Positions 26,722 to 36,917 of a stretch of DNA of 56,805 nt are shown here, one piece after another. Below the pieces are notes generated by a model that did no database searches, was not told the DNA's origin, and saw only the letters and a list, made by a program, of their open reading frames with translations. Source of the DNA: a virus (Duplodnaviria; Caudoviricetes); IMG/VR virus record IMGVR_UViG_3300044615_000557, positions 1-56,805 of that record; one strand, 5' to 3'. The position numbers and the translations under genes were made by a program. Each line of letters begins with the position of its first letter. The stretch's first letter is position 1.

Positions 26722-27247
26722 TGCCCTGAGAGCCTCTATTGACCGGCAGATCGGAACGAGGACGGTTCAGGTGCTGCACCTCGCCGACAATCGCGAGTTG
26801 ACCATCGGACAGAAGAGGAACATGCTCCTCACCCAGTCGGGCGGGGAGTATGTCGCCTTCGTGGACGATGACGATGCCGTCAGCGTGGACTACATTGAGA
26901 AGGTGATGAACGGTCTCACCAAGAACCCTGACTGCACCTCTCTCACCGGCTCCATCACCTTCTCGGACGGCTACAGCCGCCCCTTCATCCACTCGCTTCG
27001 CTACGACCACTGGATTGACGACCATGAGGGCAAGGTCTACTACCGACCCCCGAATCACCTGAACGCCATCAGGCGGTCTCTGGCGGTTCAGGTGGGCTTC
27101 CCGTCCATCAACAGCGGCGAGGACCGCGTGTTCTCCATGGGCGTGCGCCCGCTCCTGCGGCGAGAGGAGTGGATTGAGGGCATCATCTACATGTACCAGT
27201 GCAAGAAGACCTTTGAAGAGACCCACAACCATCAGGTGGCGAGATGA
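26651..27247 (+). CDS. Glycosyltransferase family 2
   Basis: LSVLIPS, IGQKRN.L, YVAFVDDDD, GED motifs. Confidence 0.85.
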   Translation: MPWKPSHKLSVLIPSLHERKQSLDALRASIDRQIGTRTVQVLHLADNRELTIGQKRNMLLTQSGGEYVAFVDDDDAVSVDYIEKVMNGLTKNPDCTSLTGSITFSDGYSRPFIHSLRYDHWIDDHEGKVYYRPPNHLNAIRRSLAVQVGFPSINSGEDRVFSMGVRPLLRREEWIEGIIYMYQCKKTFEETHNHQVAR

Positions 27248-27990
27248 AACTCCACATCAACTATGCCGACGGAGGATTCTATGAGGCTCAAAAAGAGAAC
27301 TCAAGATCCGCTCTGACTGTTGGTGGAGCAGACAAGTCATTGCAATGCAGACGAGCCGATCTTGATGATCAGTTCGTGTTGAGAAACGCTCACATCCTAA
27401 ACCAGAAGAGAGGAGCAGGATACTGGTTGTGGAAGCCGTACATCATCAACAAACACCTTCGGACTCTGGACAAGGATGACTATCTGATCTACACCGATTC
27501 GGGGATGCTCTTCGTTAATTCAATTGACAGCCTCATAGAGATAGAAAAAGTTCATCTTGACAGAGACGGCATGATCATGACGGAAACCACCCAGTGGATT
27601 CCCGAGGGTCCGCCATGGAAGGCACCCCCAGAGTACATGTGGACGAAGAGGGATACATTCGTACTCACCGACACCGACAGGACGGAGATCACCCACACGA
27701 CTCAAGCGAACGCCGCTTTCATCTTGATGCAGCCCAGAGACAAAGCGTTTGCTTTTCTGGAGGAGTGGCTAAGATGGGGTTCGGATGTTCGTGCAATCAC
27801 GGACATAGGCAACTGCATGGGGAAGCCAAACTACGAGGGTTTCAGCGACCATCGGCACGACCAGAGCCTATTCAGCGTTTTGGGCAAGAAGCATGAATTC
27901 CGGATGATCGGGGACATCACTCACTGGGGAGAGCCGAGAAGGGATCCCAAATACAAGACACTCATCCAGCACAACAGGAACAGAAATTGA
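27244..27990 (+). CDS. Putative glycosyltransferase-like protein
   Basis: RGAGYWLWKP, YTDSG, HRHDQS motifs; paralog of 32968. Confidence 0.65.
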   Translation: MKLHINYADGGFYEAQKENSRSALTVGGADKSLQCRRADLDDQFVLRNAHILNQKRGAGYWLWKPYIINKHLRTLDKDDYLIYTDSGMLFVNSIDSLIEIEKVHLDRDGMIMTETTQWIPEGPPWKAPPEYMWTKRDTFVLTDTDRTEITHTTQANAAFILMQPRDKAFAFLEEWLRWGSDVRAITDIGNCMGKPNYEGFSDHRHDQSLFSVLGKKHEFRMIGDITHWGEPRRDPKYKTLIQHNRNRN

Positions 27991-28009
27991 ACTACTTTGA
28001 GTTGGGGGT

Positions 28010-28720
28010 ATGTATTTTATGGGAGAATCAGTTACTTTCATCTATCAACACCTTGGAATGGGTGATCATATCATATGCAATGGTTTGATTCGTGAATTGA
28101 TCAACCAAACCACACCCTACATTATGTTTGTTCAACCACAACACAGGGAAAGTGTAGTTCAGATGTATCGTGATCTGAATAACATGAACTATGTCTCGGA
28201 TGATCATAGACTTTTTCCTTTCTATCTTTCCCGTGCTGGAATAAGAATGGACGGAAATGATCCCAGACTTCTAATGATTGGATGGAAAGACTGGATTGTT
28301 GACAATTCAATGTCTTTTGAGTGGAACTTTTACAGGAGTAAAGGTGTTCCTTTTGAGAAGAAGTGGTCAGCATTTAAAACGAACAGAAATACAAAAGCCG
28401 AAAGCGAGATTTGGAATAAGGCGAATGTAAAATCTGATTATGTCTTCGTTCATGACGATGAAAGATTTCCAATTGATTCTAATAAACTGCCTCAAAATGT
28501 GAGGATAATTAAACCCAATCTGGGAGACCCAAGCATTTTCAACTATTCACATATTATAGAAAACGCCCAATCGGTCCATTGCATAGAAAGTTCATTTGCA
28601 TTCATGATAGATGCTATGAATTTGAACAAAAACTTTGTGATTCACAGATATGCTAGGAAACACAAACAACCCAGTTTTGATCTTCCGATGTACAAGAGTG
28701 TCTCTCAAATTCTTACTTGA
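28010..28720 (+). CDS. Glycan-cluster protein (GT-B-like)
   Basis: HLGMGDHII.NGLIR, FVHDD, HCIESSF; paralog of 34386. Confidence 0.6.
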   Translation: MYFMGESVTFIYQHLGMGDHIICNGLIRELINQTTPYIMFVQPQHRESVVQMYRDLNNMNYVSDDHRLFPFYLSRAGIRMDGNDPRLLMIGWKDWIVDNSMSFEWNFYRSKGVPFEKKWSAFKTNRNTKAESEIWNKANVKSDYVFVHDDERFPIDSNKLPQNVRIIKPNLGDPSIFNYSHIIENAQSVHCIESSFAFMIDAMNLNKNFVIHRYARKHKQPSFDLPMYKSVSQILT

Positions 28721-28750
28721 GATTTCATTCAAATATCAAGGACTACCTAA

Positions 28751-29764
28751 ATGAAAGCAGCAGTTCTAACTAAAATTGACTCCCCCCTTGAAATTCTTGA
28801 TGTTGAAATGACGAACTTAAAGATTGGTCAGGTCATGGTCAAGATCATTGTCAGCGGACTATGTGGAGCACAACTCCAAGAGATAGCCGGACTCAAGGGT
28901 AATGCCAAATTCCTGCCTCACTTGATGGGTCATGAGGGATGTGGTATTGTGGAACAAATTGGACCTGGTGTCACTAGAGTCAAGCCAGGCGACAAAGTCG
29001 TAATGCACTGGAGGGTGGGTGTCGGAATCGAGTCCCCTTTCCCAAATTACATACTTGACGGAAAGGTTATCAGCAGCGGTAAGGTGACTACACTCAGCGA
29101 ATACTCCATCGTCTCCGAAAACCGATTGACTGTCGTTCCTGCGGATACATCCGAATACCTATGCGCCCTTCTTGGATGCGGATTGTCTACTGCTCTCGGA
29201 ACCATCAACAATGAAGCGGAATTGAAATTTGGCGAGAGTATCATGGTTGTCGGTTGTGGAGGAGTGGGGTTGAACCTTATACAAGGTGCTAAAATGGCAT
29301 CCGCATATCCAATCATAGGCGTGGACAATAGCGAGGAGAAAAGGAATATGGCTCTCTCTTTGGGTGCCACAAGATTCATCAATCCAACAACAGAATCAAT
29401 GTCGGATGTTAGGGTAGATGTGGTGGTGGACACCACAGGAAATCTTGATGCGATACAGAGCACCGTCTGTCTTCTTTCGGACAAGGGAAGATACATTCTT
29501 GTTGGTCAACCAAAACCCGGAGAATCGGTATCCATCCCAAATGCGTATACGATGTTCGGAGGAAATGGGAAGACAATAAAAGCGACTCAAGGAGGAAATA
29601 CCGTTCCAAACGATGACATCCCGAGATATGCCAAACTACATAAGGCAGGACTACTCGACATCGACAGGATCATCACTCATGTTTTTCCTCTGGATCAAAT
29701 CAATGATGCTTTAGATACATTGAGGGCGGGTAAGGCCGGAAGAATCATGATAAAAATGGATTGA
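28751..29764 (+). CDS. Zn-dependent medium-chain alcohol dehydrogenase
   Basis: GLCG, MGHEGCG, LLGCG, VGCGGVG motifs. Confidence 0.9.
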   Translation: MKAAVLTKIDSPLEILDVEMTNLKIGQVMVKIIVSGLCGAQLQEIAGLKGNAKFLPHLMGHEGCGIVEQIGPGVTRVKPGDKVVMHWRVGVGIESPFPNYILDGKVISSGKVTTLSEYSIVSENRLTVVPADTSEYLCALLGCGLSTALGTINNEAELKFGESIMVVGCGGVGLNLIQGAKMASAYPIIGVDNSEEKRNMALSLGATRFINPTTESMSDVRVDVVVDTTGNLDAIQSTVCLLSDKGRYILVGQPKPGESVSIPNAYTMFGGNGKTIKATQGGNTVPNDDIPRYAKLHKAGLLDIDRIITHVFPLDQINDALDTLRAGKAGRIMIKMD

Positions 29765-29781
29765 ACCAAACGGACATCACA

Positions 29782-30753
29782 ATGGAAAAGAATCAAGTTT
29801 TGAATGCATACAGAAAAATGTTTCTCCTTCGTCGCATGGAGGAGGACTTGGTAAAGTATTACTTCGACAACAAAGTGATGAGTTTTGTTCATTTCTATAT
29901 TGGACAAGAGGCAGTCGCAGTCGGAGTGTGTGAGAATCTTCTTCCCGAAGATAACGCATTCGGAAATCACCGTTCCCATGGACACTACCTAGCCAAAGGA
30001 GGAAGTCCCGAGAAGATGGTATCAGAACTTCTCGGAAAGATAACTGGATGTTGTAGGGGTAAGGGAGGGTCAATGCATATGATTGACCGATCCGTGAACT
30101 TCGTAGGTTCAACTCCCATTCTGGGAAGTGTCGGACCCATTTCTGCCGGATCAGCCCTGACACAAAAGTTGACTGGCTCCAAAAACATTACCGTATCGTT
30201 TATCGGAGATGGCGCATCCGAGGAGGGGGTGTCATACGAGACCATAAACTTCGCAGCACTTTTTAAGTTGCCTCTCCTACTTGTAATTGAGAACAACCTC
30301 TATTCAGTACAAAGTCGCTTGAAAGACAGAAGGGGAGAAAGACACGACACGGAAAGGATAGTGGAGGGAATTGGGGTGAGGTATTTCCGTGCGGATGGAA
30401 ATGATTTCTTTGATGTCTATGAGAAAGCAAAAGAAGCAATCCGTAATATCAAAGAGAATGGAGAGCCGTCCGTTCTGGAGTGCGTAGTCTATCGTCACAT
30501 GGCTCACAGTGCTCCTATTTGTGATGACAAGGCGGGCTACAGAGAACAAGATGACAATCCAGAAAATAGAGTCAAGCATGATTCTGTTCTGAAGTTGAGA
30601 TCAGAACTCATCACAACTTATGAAGTACCCGAAAAAGATATTATGCGATTGGAGGATGAAGTCAATATCGTCTCATCCAATGCAATTCAGTTTGCTGTTC
30701 AATCAGATTATCCAGAGCAATCAGAGTTGATTAAGGATGTTTATCATGAGTAA
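29782..30753 (+). CDS. TPP-dependent dehydrogenase E1 alpha-like subunit
   Basis: GQEA, HRSHGH, GKGGSMH, GDGA...ENN TPP motif, YRHMAHS. Confidence 0.9.
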   Translation: MEKNQVLNAYRKMFLLRRMEEDLVKYYFDNKVMSFVHFYIGQEAVAVGVCENLLPEDNAFGNHRSHGHYLAKGGSPEKMVSELLGKITGCCRGKGGSMHMIDRSVNFVGSTPILGSVGPISAGSALTQKLTGSKNITVSFIGDGASEEGVSYETINFAALFKLPLLLVIENNLYSVQSRLKDRRGERHDTERIVEGIGVRYFRADGNDFFDVYEKAKEAIRNIKENGEPSVLECVVYRHMAHSAPICDDKAGYREQDDNPENRVKHDSVLKLRSELITTYEVPEKDIMRLEDEVNIVSSNAIQFAVQSDYPEQSELIKDVYHE

Positions 30754-31792
30754 ACTAATCTCTTTCACCGAAGCCATTAGGCAAGCCACCGAAGAATCTA
30801 TGGCGAGAGACCCATCCGTTATCGTCATGGGGTTGGGCGTTTCTTACAAGAATGGTGCGGATGGCACGATGGGCATCCTCAAAGAGCAGTATCCGAATAG
30901 AGTTTGGGATACTCCCGTATCAGAATTTTGCAACACCGGAGTTGGGGTTGGTGCCGCTGTGACAGGAATGAGGCCCATCATTCATCACGCAAGAGTGGAA
31001 TTTGGTCTATTTGCAATCGACCAGATTGTAACTCAAGCCGCCAAATGGAACTACATGTTCGGGGGCGGAAATCCGGTTCCGATTGTCTTCAGGCTTGCTG
31101 TGGGAAGACAGTGGGGTAATGGACCGCAACATACACAAGCACTTTACTCTCTATTCGGTAATGTACCCGGTCTGAAAGTCGTTATTCCTTCATCTCCCAA
31201 GACCGCTAAGGGATTGCTGAACTCGGCGGTCAGGGACAACAATCCCGTGGTTTACATGGAACCACGATGGCTGTATGGACTGAAAGAGGAGGTATCCAAT
31301 TTCTACTACGAAACTCCTCTTGACAAGGCCAGATACATCAGACGAGGCAATGACATCACAGTTGTAACTTACGGCGATGGCGTGGTGGATTCAATCAAAG
31401 CATATGATTTTCTTCTGACTAAAGGAATTCAATGTGAAATTATAGATTTAGTCAGTATCAATCCGATTGATTATGATACTGTCTATGAGTCTGTTAAAAA
31501 GACAGGTAGGCTTCTCTGTTTTGATACCACGAACGGTGTCTTTAATGTAGGAAGCGAAATCATTGCAAAGGTTTGTACTAACAGATTCTCTTCCCTGACG
31601 CAAAGACCTGAACAACTCAGTACTCCAAATACACCATGCCCAACATCAACATCACTGACTGAGATATACTACCCCACCCGAGTTGACATAATCAATCGAG
31701 TTCTCTCAATGCTCGGGAAGGATGGATATGACGAAAAGATGACCTTTGATGAGTTGCATTTATCCCCGAAGATCACCGTTGTGACCGAATAA
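30746..31792 (+). CDS. TPP-dependent dehydrogenase E1 beta-like subunit
   Basis: DTPVSE, GMRPI, GPQHTQ, PGLKVV.PS, SVKKTGRL motifs. Confidence 0.9.
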   Translation: MSKLISFTEAIRQATEESMARDPSVIVMGLGVSYKNGADGTMGILKEQYPNRVWDTPVSEFCNTGVGVGAAVTGMRPIIHHARVEFGLFAIDQIVTQAAKWNYMFGGGNPVPIVFRLAVGRQWGNGPQHTQALYSLFGNVPGLKVVIPSSPKTAKGLLNSAVRDNNPVVYMEPRWLYGLKEEVSNFYYETPLDKARYIRRGNDITVVTYGDGVVDSIKAYDFLLTKGIQCEIIDLVSINPIDYDTVYESVKKTGRLLCFDTTNGVFNVGSEIIAKVCTNRFSSLTQRPEQLSTPNTPCPTSTSLTEIYYPTRVDIINRVLSMLGKDGYDEKMTFDELHLSPKITVVTE

Positions 31793-31808
31793 AATTGGAG
31801 ATTGTGGC

Positions 31809-32537
31809 ATGAATAGCATTTTGGTAATTGGTGAAAGTTGTCGTGATGTGTTTGTCTATTGTGACGCAATTCGTCTTGCTCCAGACTATCCAGTTCCAAT
31901 CTTGAATATAGTGAACCAAGCGGAAAACCCCGGCATGGCTGCAAATGTTCATAGGAACATAGTGAAATACAAAGGTTGTGACCTATTCACCAACAACAAC
32001 TGGAAAGATATCACTAAGACACGATATGTGCATCAAAACACAAACCATATGTTCATAAGAGTCGATAGTCCGTCCAAGATTGCGGAGATATTGCTTGAGG
32101 ACTTGAATTTGGACTACGAACTGATCGTTATTTCGGATTACAACAAGGGATTTCTGTCCCAAAGGGATGTTGAATACATTTGTGATCATCATCCCTGTGT
32201 TTTTCTGGACACCAAGAAAGTTCTCGGTAAATGGGCTTCAAACGCCCGATACATTAAGATCAATGACTACGAATACAACAATTCAAAGTCATTTCTCACC
32301 CCAGAAATATCAAACAAAATAATCCACACCATGGGCGGAGATGGGTGTGAGTTTCAAGGAAAGATGTATCCCGTAGTCAACAAGGCGGAAGTGAAAGATA
32401 CCTCCGGTGCAGGAGATAGTTTTATGGCAGCACTCTGCATCAAGTTTCTGGAGACCAAGGACATTTATGAGTCAATCAAGTTTGCGAACTCCTGTGCCTC
32501 CGAGGTTGTAAGACACAGAGGAGTTACGACCATATGA
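31809..32537 (+). CDS. PfkB-family sugar kinase (HldE/RfaE kinase-like)
   Basis: PGMAANV, ISDYNKG, DTSGAGDSF motifs. Confidence 0.85.
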   Translation: MNSILVIGESCRDVFVYCDAIRLAPDYPVPILNIVNQAENPGMAANVHRNIVKYKGCDLFTNNNWKDITKTRYVHQNTNHMFIRVDSPSKIAEILLEDLNLDYELIVISDYNKGFLSQRDVEYICDHHPCVFLDTKKVLGKWASNARYIKINDYEYNNSKSFLTPEISNKIIHTMGGDGCEFQGKMYPVVNKAEVKDTSGAGDSFMAALCIKFLETKDIYESIKFANSCASEVVRHRGVTTI

Positions 32538-32971
32538 AAACAGTTCTCGCCAATGGTGTATTTGACATTCTCCATATTGGTCATGCCAACTTACTGATGT
32601 TCTCAAAGTCGCTGGGAGATCGTCTTGTCGTGGCAATTGATACCGACAGAAGAGTCAAAGAACTGAAGGGAAATGATAGACCGATAAACTCCCAAGAAGA
32701 TAGGAAGTTCATTCTGGAGTGTATTAGGTATGTTGATGAGGTAGTGGTATTTGACAGCAAAGACGAGTTGAAGTCTCTTTATGATACTATAAATCCGTTC
32801 GTGGTGGTGAAGGGTTATGAACAAAAAACTCCGGAGGAGATACGATCACATGACGAAATACCTTCCCACATAAAGGTTATTCTATGTCCATTTCAGGAAG
32901 GATACTCCACCACAGGCACGATGCGGAAGATAAAATCTCTATCTTCGTGGGAAAAAAGGAATACAGTATGA
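32534..32971 (+). CDS. Sugar-phosphate nucleotidyltransferase (HldE/RfaE II-like)
   Basis: NGVFDILHIGH, LKG.DRPIN, GYSTT motifs. Confidence 0.88.
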   Translation: MKTVLANGVFDILHIGHANLLMFSKSLGDRLVVAIDTDRRVKELKGNDRPINSQEDRKFILECIRYVDEVVVFDSKDELKSLYDTINPFVVVKGYEQKTPEEIRSHDEIPSHIKVILCPFQEGYSTTGTMRKIKSLSSWEKRNTV

Positions 32972-33663
32972 AAATACACATCAACTACGCCCACGGCAGG
33001 TATCTCAACTCGCAGAAAAACTGCTGTTCGTCGGCGTTGGCGTTGGGCGGTTTCGACAGGAGCATCGCGTACAGATATGAGAACATAGACCCCGAGTTTG
33101 TCAGGCAGAACTCATACATCTTCTCTCAACCGAGAGGAGCAGGGTGCTGGATATGGAAGCCATACTTGCTATCCAAAACCTTGGAGTCAGTTCAAGAGGG
33201 CGACTGGATCATGTACACAGACTCGGGCATGCACTTCGTTCGCAATCCATGGGAATGGATCATGTCCAACGAACACCTCATCGGAGAGAAGGGAATAGCC
33301 ACCTTCGGGACTTGCAACAAGAATAAGGTCTACTGCAAGAGAGATGCATTCGTCCTGATGGGCTTGGATGAACCCGAATACACCGACTCGGAACAAAGAA
33401 CAGCAAGCATCTTCCTCTGCAAGAAGACACCTTTCTCGGTGGATTTCGTCGCAAGGTGGTTGCGTTGGTGCTGCGATCCCCGTATACTGACCGACCTTCC
33501 AAACACCCAAGGCAAGCCTAACTACCCTGAGTTCTTGGATCACAGGCATGACCAGAGCGTCATGAGCCTCATGTGCATCAAGGACGATGTTTGTCTGCTG
33601 GAAGACATGACGCAGTTCATGAACCCGAATCCATTCGTCCTACATACCAGAAACCCCGCATAA
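32968..33663 (+). CDS. Putative glycosyltransferase-like protein
   Basis: RGAGCWIWKP, YTDSG, HRHDQS; ATG coupled to previous stop. Confidence 0.65.
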   Translation: MKIHINYAHGRYLNSQKNCCSSALALGGFDRSIAYRYENIDPEFVRQNSYIFSQPRGAGCWIWKPYLLSKTLESVQEGDWIMYTDSGMHFVRNPWEWIMSNEHLIGEKGIATFGTCNKNKVYCKRDAFVLMGLDEPEYTDSEQRTASIFLCKKTPFSVDFVARWLRWCCDPRILTDLPNTQGKPNYPEFLDHRHDQSVMSLMCIKDDVCLLEDMTQFMNPNPFVLHTRNPA

Positions 33664-33693
33664 CAATGCACCATCAACAATGAGGTTTACACC

Positions 33694-34389
33694 ATGAGCG
33701 AGACTCTTCAGGAAATTGGCAAGAAGCACGGGACAGACAAGCACAACGATGTTCACTCCTACGGGGGAGAAACTTACCTGAACATCTACCATCGGTACAT
33801 GAATGAACTCCGAGACAAGCCCCTCAAGGTTCTTGAGATCGGAGTCAAGGATGGGAACTCGCACCGCATGTGGCGGGAGTACTTCCCCAAGGCAACCATC
33901 TACGGGATAGACATTGATCCTCGTTGCAAGCAATATGAGTCGGACAGGATTCGTGTGTTCATCGGAAGCCAATCCGACCCCAGCACCATTGATGCGGCTG
34001 TAAAGCATGCCGGTGGGCAATTTGACATCATTCTGGATGACGGGTCGCATGTAAATGAGTTGACCCTCAAGTCCTTTCACCTCCTCTTCCCCGCACTTAG
34101 AGCAGGTGGTCTTTACATCATTGAGGATCTAGGTTGTTCCTATCTGGGGGAGAAACTCATTCGCCACATCCGAGAGGGGGGCTGGCCCGGCATGCAATAC
34201 AATCAGGGGGTCAGTTTCAACAACGACCGATCGGTCATGGACAAGTTCTTCAACTCCCTCATTCATGACATTGATCAGGTCATTCAGCATCTGGAATGGG
34301 ATCCTGTTCCGGGAGGAAAGTCCGGTGTGGAATGGGTTCACTTCTACTCACAGATCGCGGTGATCAAGAAGTTGGGAGTCTCTCAATGA
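33694..34389 (+). CDS. Class I SAM-dependent (sugar O-) methyltransferase
   Basis: GTDK, VLEIGV, GIDID, DDGSH, YIIED motifs. Confidence 0.85.
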   Translation: MSETLQEIGKKHGTDKHNDVHSYGGETYLNIYHRYMNELRDKPLKVLEIGVKDGNSHRMWREYFPKATIYGIDIDPRCKQYESDRIRVFIGSQSDPSTIDAAVKHAGGQFDIILDDGSHVNELTLKSFHLLFPALRAGGLYIIEDLGCSYLGEKLIRHIREGGWPGMQYNQGVSFNNDRSVMDKFFNSLIHDIDQVIQHLEWDPVPGGKSGVEWVHFYSQIAVIKKLGVSQ

Positions 34390-35108
34390 AATCAATCATA
34401 ATCCATCACCATCTCGGAATTGGAGATCATTTCATTTTCAATGGTCTTGTGAGAGAATTGGTAGCAAGAGATTCCCCCAACATTGCTTATCTTGTCTGTA
34501 AGCGAAAGTACGCACCAACAATTTCCATGATGTTTGCGGACGATGAGCGTATAGTTCCTCTTCCTTTGACCGGTCAGGGTGCGAAGGTGGAAGATGCGCA
34601 AGTGAACCTGTTTCGTGAGAACTTTGCATATGGGTGCGAGCAATACTACAGAGCGGGATTTGAGAAGTGCCGTAAAGACTGGGATGTGTCTTCCTATGAT
34701 TCAGTAGATGTGCCGTTTGAGAAAAGATGGTCATCTTTCAAGTGCAACAGAGATATGGGGCGAGAAGCCATTCTTGAGTCATTGGTGAATCCGAACAATG
34801 AACCCTTCATTCTCGTCCACGATGAATGCCAGTGGGGAAGAATGCCGTTTCGTCATAGGACGGACATGAAAGTGATCCGAGTGGAACCGATCAGGACTCA
34901 AACTTGGTCTGACTCGCTTGTGGATTGGTGTGGTCTCATTGAAAAAGCAACGGAGATTCACTGTGTAGACAGTTCGTTCATACATCTATGTACTTCCATG
35001 GGAGCCACCGGCTGGTTTCACGATTTCGGAAGAGATGATTCGTGGGGGGGTCATTTCGCGTTGCCTTCCTCTTGGGAAAAGATTAGGGAGGTCAGATATG
35101 CTGGTTGA
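34386..35108 (+). CDS. Glycan-cluster protein (GT-B-like)
   Basis: HLGIGDHFI.NGLVR, LVHDE, HCVDSSF; paralog of 28010. Confidence 0.6.
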   Translation: MKSIIIHHHLGIGDHFIFNGLVRELVARDSPNIAYLVCKRKYAPTISMMFADDERIVPLPLTGQGAKVEDAQVNLFRENFAYGCEQYYRAGFEKCRKDWDVSSYDSVDVPFEKRWSSFKCNRDMGREAILESLVNPNNEPFILVHDECQWGRMPFRHRTDMKVIRVEPIRTQTWSDSLVDWCGLIEKATEIHCVDSSFIHLCTSMGATGWFHDFGRDDSWGGHFALPSSWEKIREVRYAG

Positions 35109-35481
35109 AGTATCCGTTGGAGAGGTCATTGACAAGTGGACCATCCTCCACATCAAGTGCGAGATGATTCAAGACGAATCCAAACTGTTCAATGTTCGCA
35201 AGGAGCATGATTACCTGTCCAATAGCATCCGTGATTACCTTGAGATGCCCGAGATGATTCCTCTCGTCTCTGAGTTGACGGACACCAATCGGTCCTTGTG
35301 GGAGATAGAGGACCGCATCCGGCTAAAGGAGATAGCCAAGGAGTTTGACTCCGAGTTCATAGAACTAGCACGCAGCGTCTACTACACCAACGACCGACGA
35401 GCAGAGATCAAGAAGAAAATCAACACGGCATCCAAGTCTTCTTTCGTGGAGGAAAAGCAGTATGCGAAGTATTCCAATTGA
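35098..35481 (+). CDS. DUF6165-like protein
   Basis: VSVGEVIDK.TIL.IK...LWEIEDRIR...ELARSVY..ND.R..IKKKIN...EEKQY. Confidence 0.75.
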   Translation: MLVEVSVGEVIDKWTILHIKCEMIQDESKLFNVRKEHDYLSNSIRDYLEMPEMIPLVSELTDTNRSLWEIEDRIRLKEIAKEFDSEFIELARSVYYTNDRRAEIKKKINTASKSSFVEEKQYAKYSN

Positions 35482-36307
35482 CTTTGACGATTCCATCTAC
35501 GAAGACACGGTGTCGGGAGACAACTTCCGAAAGCAATGCAACAAGAAATTCTTTCCATCCAATGTTGATTCTTCGTATGACACAAGCATTGAAGAGAACG
35601 ATGTGTGGTTCATCAAGAGGGACTATGTTCCGAAGTTCTTCAGCATTCTGCCCAACGACTGTCCTAGAATCAACATCGTCACTCAGTACAGCGATTACGA
35701 GACTGATGACACCCTCGCCAGAATGAAGCCTCGCTGTGTCCGGAAAATCTTCGGTCCCAACTGCACAACTGAGGCGAGCAACATCATTCCCATCCCACTT
35801 GGAATAGGTCCACATTTCTGTCCCATCACCCCCAAGGCAAAGGATTTGGCGAAGATCAATACCAAAAAGGATCGCAAGAAACTGCTGTATGTAAACTTTC
35901 GCCCCGCGACATTTCAACAAGAACGGGGTCCACTCATGGACAGATTCGTTGACTTGTTCATGTCCGGTCAGAAATGGATAACTATTGGTAATCAGCCATG
36001 TGATCCCAGAATAGTTGGGAACTATCTGGAGGAACTTACCGATCATAAGTTCTGTGTGTGTCCAAGAGGTAATGGGATTGACACTCACCGAATGTGGGAA
36101 TCTCTTTATTGCAAAACGATACCTATCGTCCGATACACAAACGCACATCGTAACTTCCGAGACCTTCCTATACTTTTCGTGAATGATTGGTCCGAAGTGA
36201 CAGAGGAACTGCTACATACCAAGTACGAGCAGTTCCTAACCACCGAGTGGAACTATTCCAAGTTGCGTGCCTCTTGGTGGGGCAATCGGTTTAAATTATT
36301 TGAATAG
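35462..36307 (+). CDS. Exostosin (GT47)-like glycosyltransferase
   Basis: KFCVCPRGNGIDTHRMWESLY...PIV motif. Confidence 0.75.
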   Translation: MRSIPIDFDDSIYEDTVSGDNFRKQCNKKFFPSNVDSSYDTSIEENDVWFIKRDYVPKFFSILPNDCPRINIVTQYSDYETDDTLARMKPRCVRKIFGPNCTTEASNIIPIPLGIGPHFCPITPKAKDLAKINTKKDRKKLLYVNFRPATFQQERGPLMDRFVDLFMSGQKWITIGNQPCDPRIVGNYLEELTDHKFCVCPRGNGIDTHRMWESLYCKTIPIVRYTNAHRNFRDLPILFVNDWSEVTEELLHTKYEQFLTTEWNYSKLRASWWGNRFKLFE

Positions 36308-36317
36308 GGTATTCATT

Positions 36318-36917
36318 ATGGGTCAACTAACAACTGATACATGGCTAGGTTCTTATTTAATGGAAACTTGCGAGAAAGATTCTGAAGTAAGAACCGTTGT
36401 TGAAATAGGTACATGGGATGGCATGGGAAGTACGAACGCCATCATTAGTGGATTGCAAAAATCCAGAAAAACTGACATCAGATTCGTTTCTCTGGAAACC
36501 AATTCGTCTTTCTATGCATCAGCCTGTCGTTCATGGCAAGGAAAACTTCCTCCGTGGGCATCTCTAGTGCATGGGAGAATAATTGAACAAGAGGATATGG
36601 ACTCTTCAGACCTCAATGGAGATGAACCCAAATGGTTCAAGGAAGACATGGACGCGATGTCAACTTGCCCAAATGTGTTAGATTTAATCCCAAACAGTAT
36701 AGATTTGCTTCTTCTTGACGGTGGGGAATTTGGAACCAAGAGCGAGTTTCTAAAACTAGAATCTCGTTCCAAACTCATCGTTCTTGATGATACACTCGCA
36801 AAAAAGTGCCGATGGATCAGAGAACATGTATTGTCATCGCCAAACAAGTATTCTGTAGTGTTTGATATCCCGAAAATTAGAAACGGGGTAATGGCTTTTA
36901 GAAGGAGCAATAAATGA
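36318..36917 (+). CDS. Putative SAM-dependent methyltransferase
   Basis: VVEIGTWDG.GST, LLLLDGGEF, IVLDD motifs. Confidence 0.7.
   Translation: MGQLTTDTWLGSYLMETCEKDSEVRTVVEIGTWDGMGSTNAIISGLQKSRKTDIRFVSLETNSSFYASACRSWQGKLPPWASLVHGRIIEQEDMDSSDLNGDEPKWFKEDMDAMSTCPNVLDLIPNSIDLLLLDGGEFGTKSEFLKLESRSKLIVLDDTLAKKCRWIREHVLSSPNKYSVVFDIPKIRNGVMAFRRSNK

Noticed and set aside
25945-27247. Glycosyltransferases as T4-like hmC DNA glucosyltransferases
   Set aside because: No dCMP hydroxymethylase in the window, context is surface-glycan-like, and restriction-site avoidance argues against fully hypermodified DNA; not excluded for the rest of the genome
29782-31792. Pyruvate dehydrogenase as a central-carbon auxiliary metabolic gene
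   Set aside because: No E2/E3 in the window and the genes sit in a sugar-modification cluster
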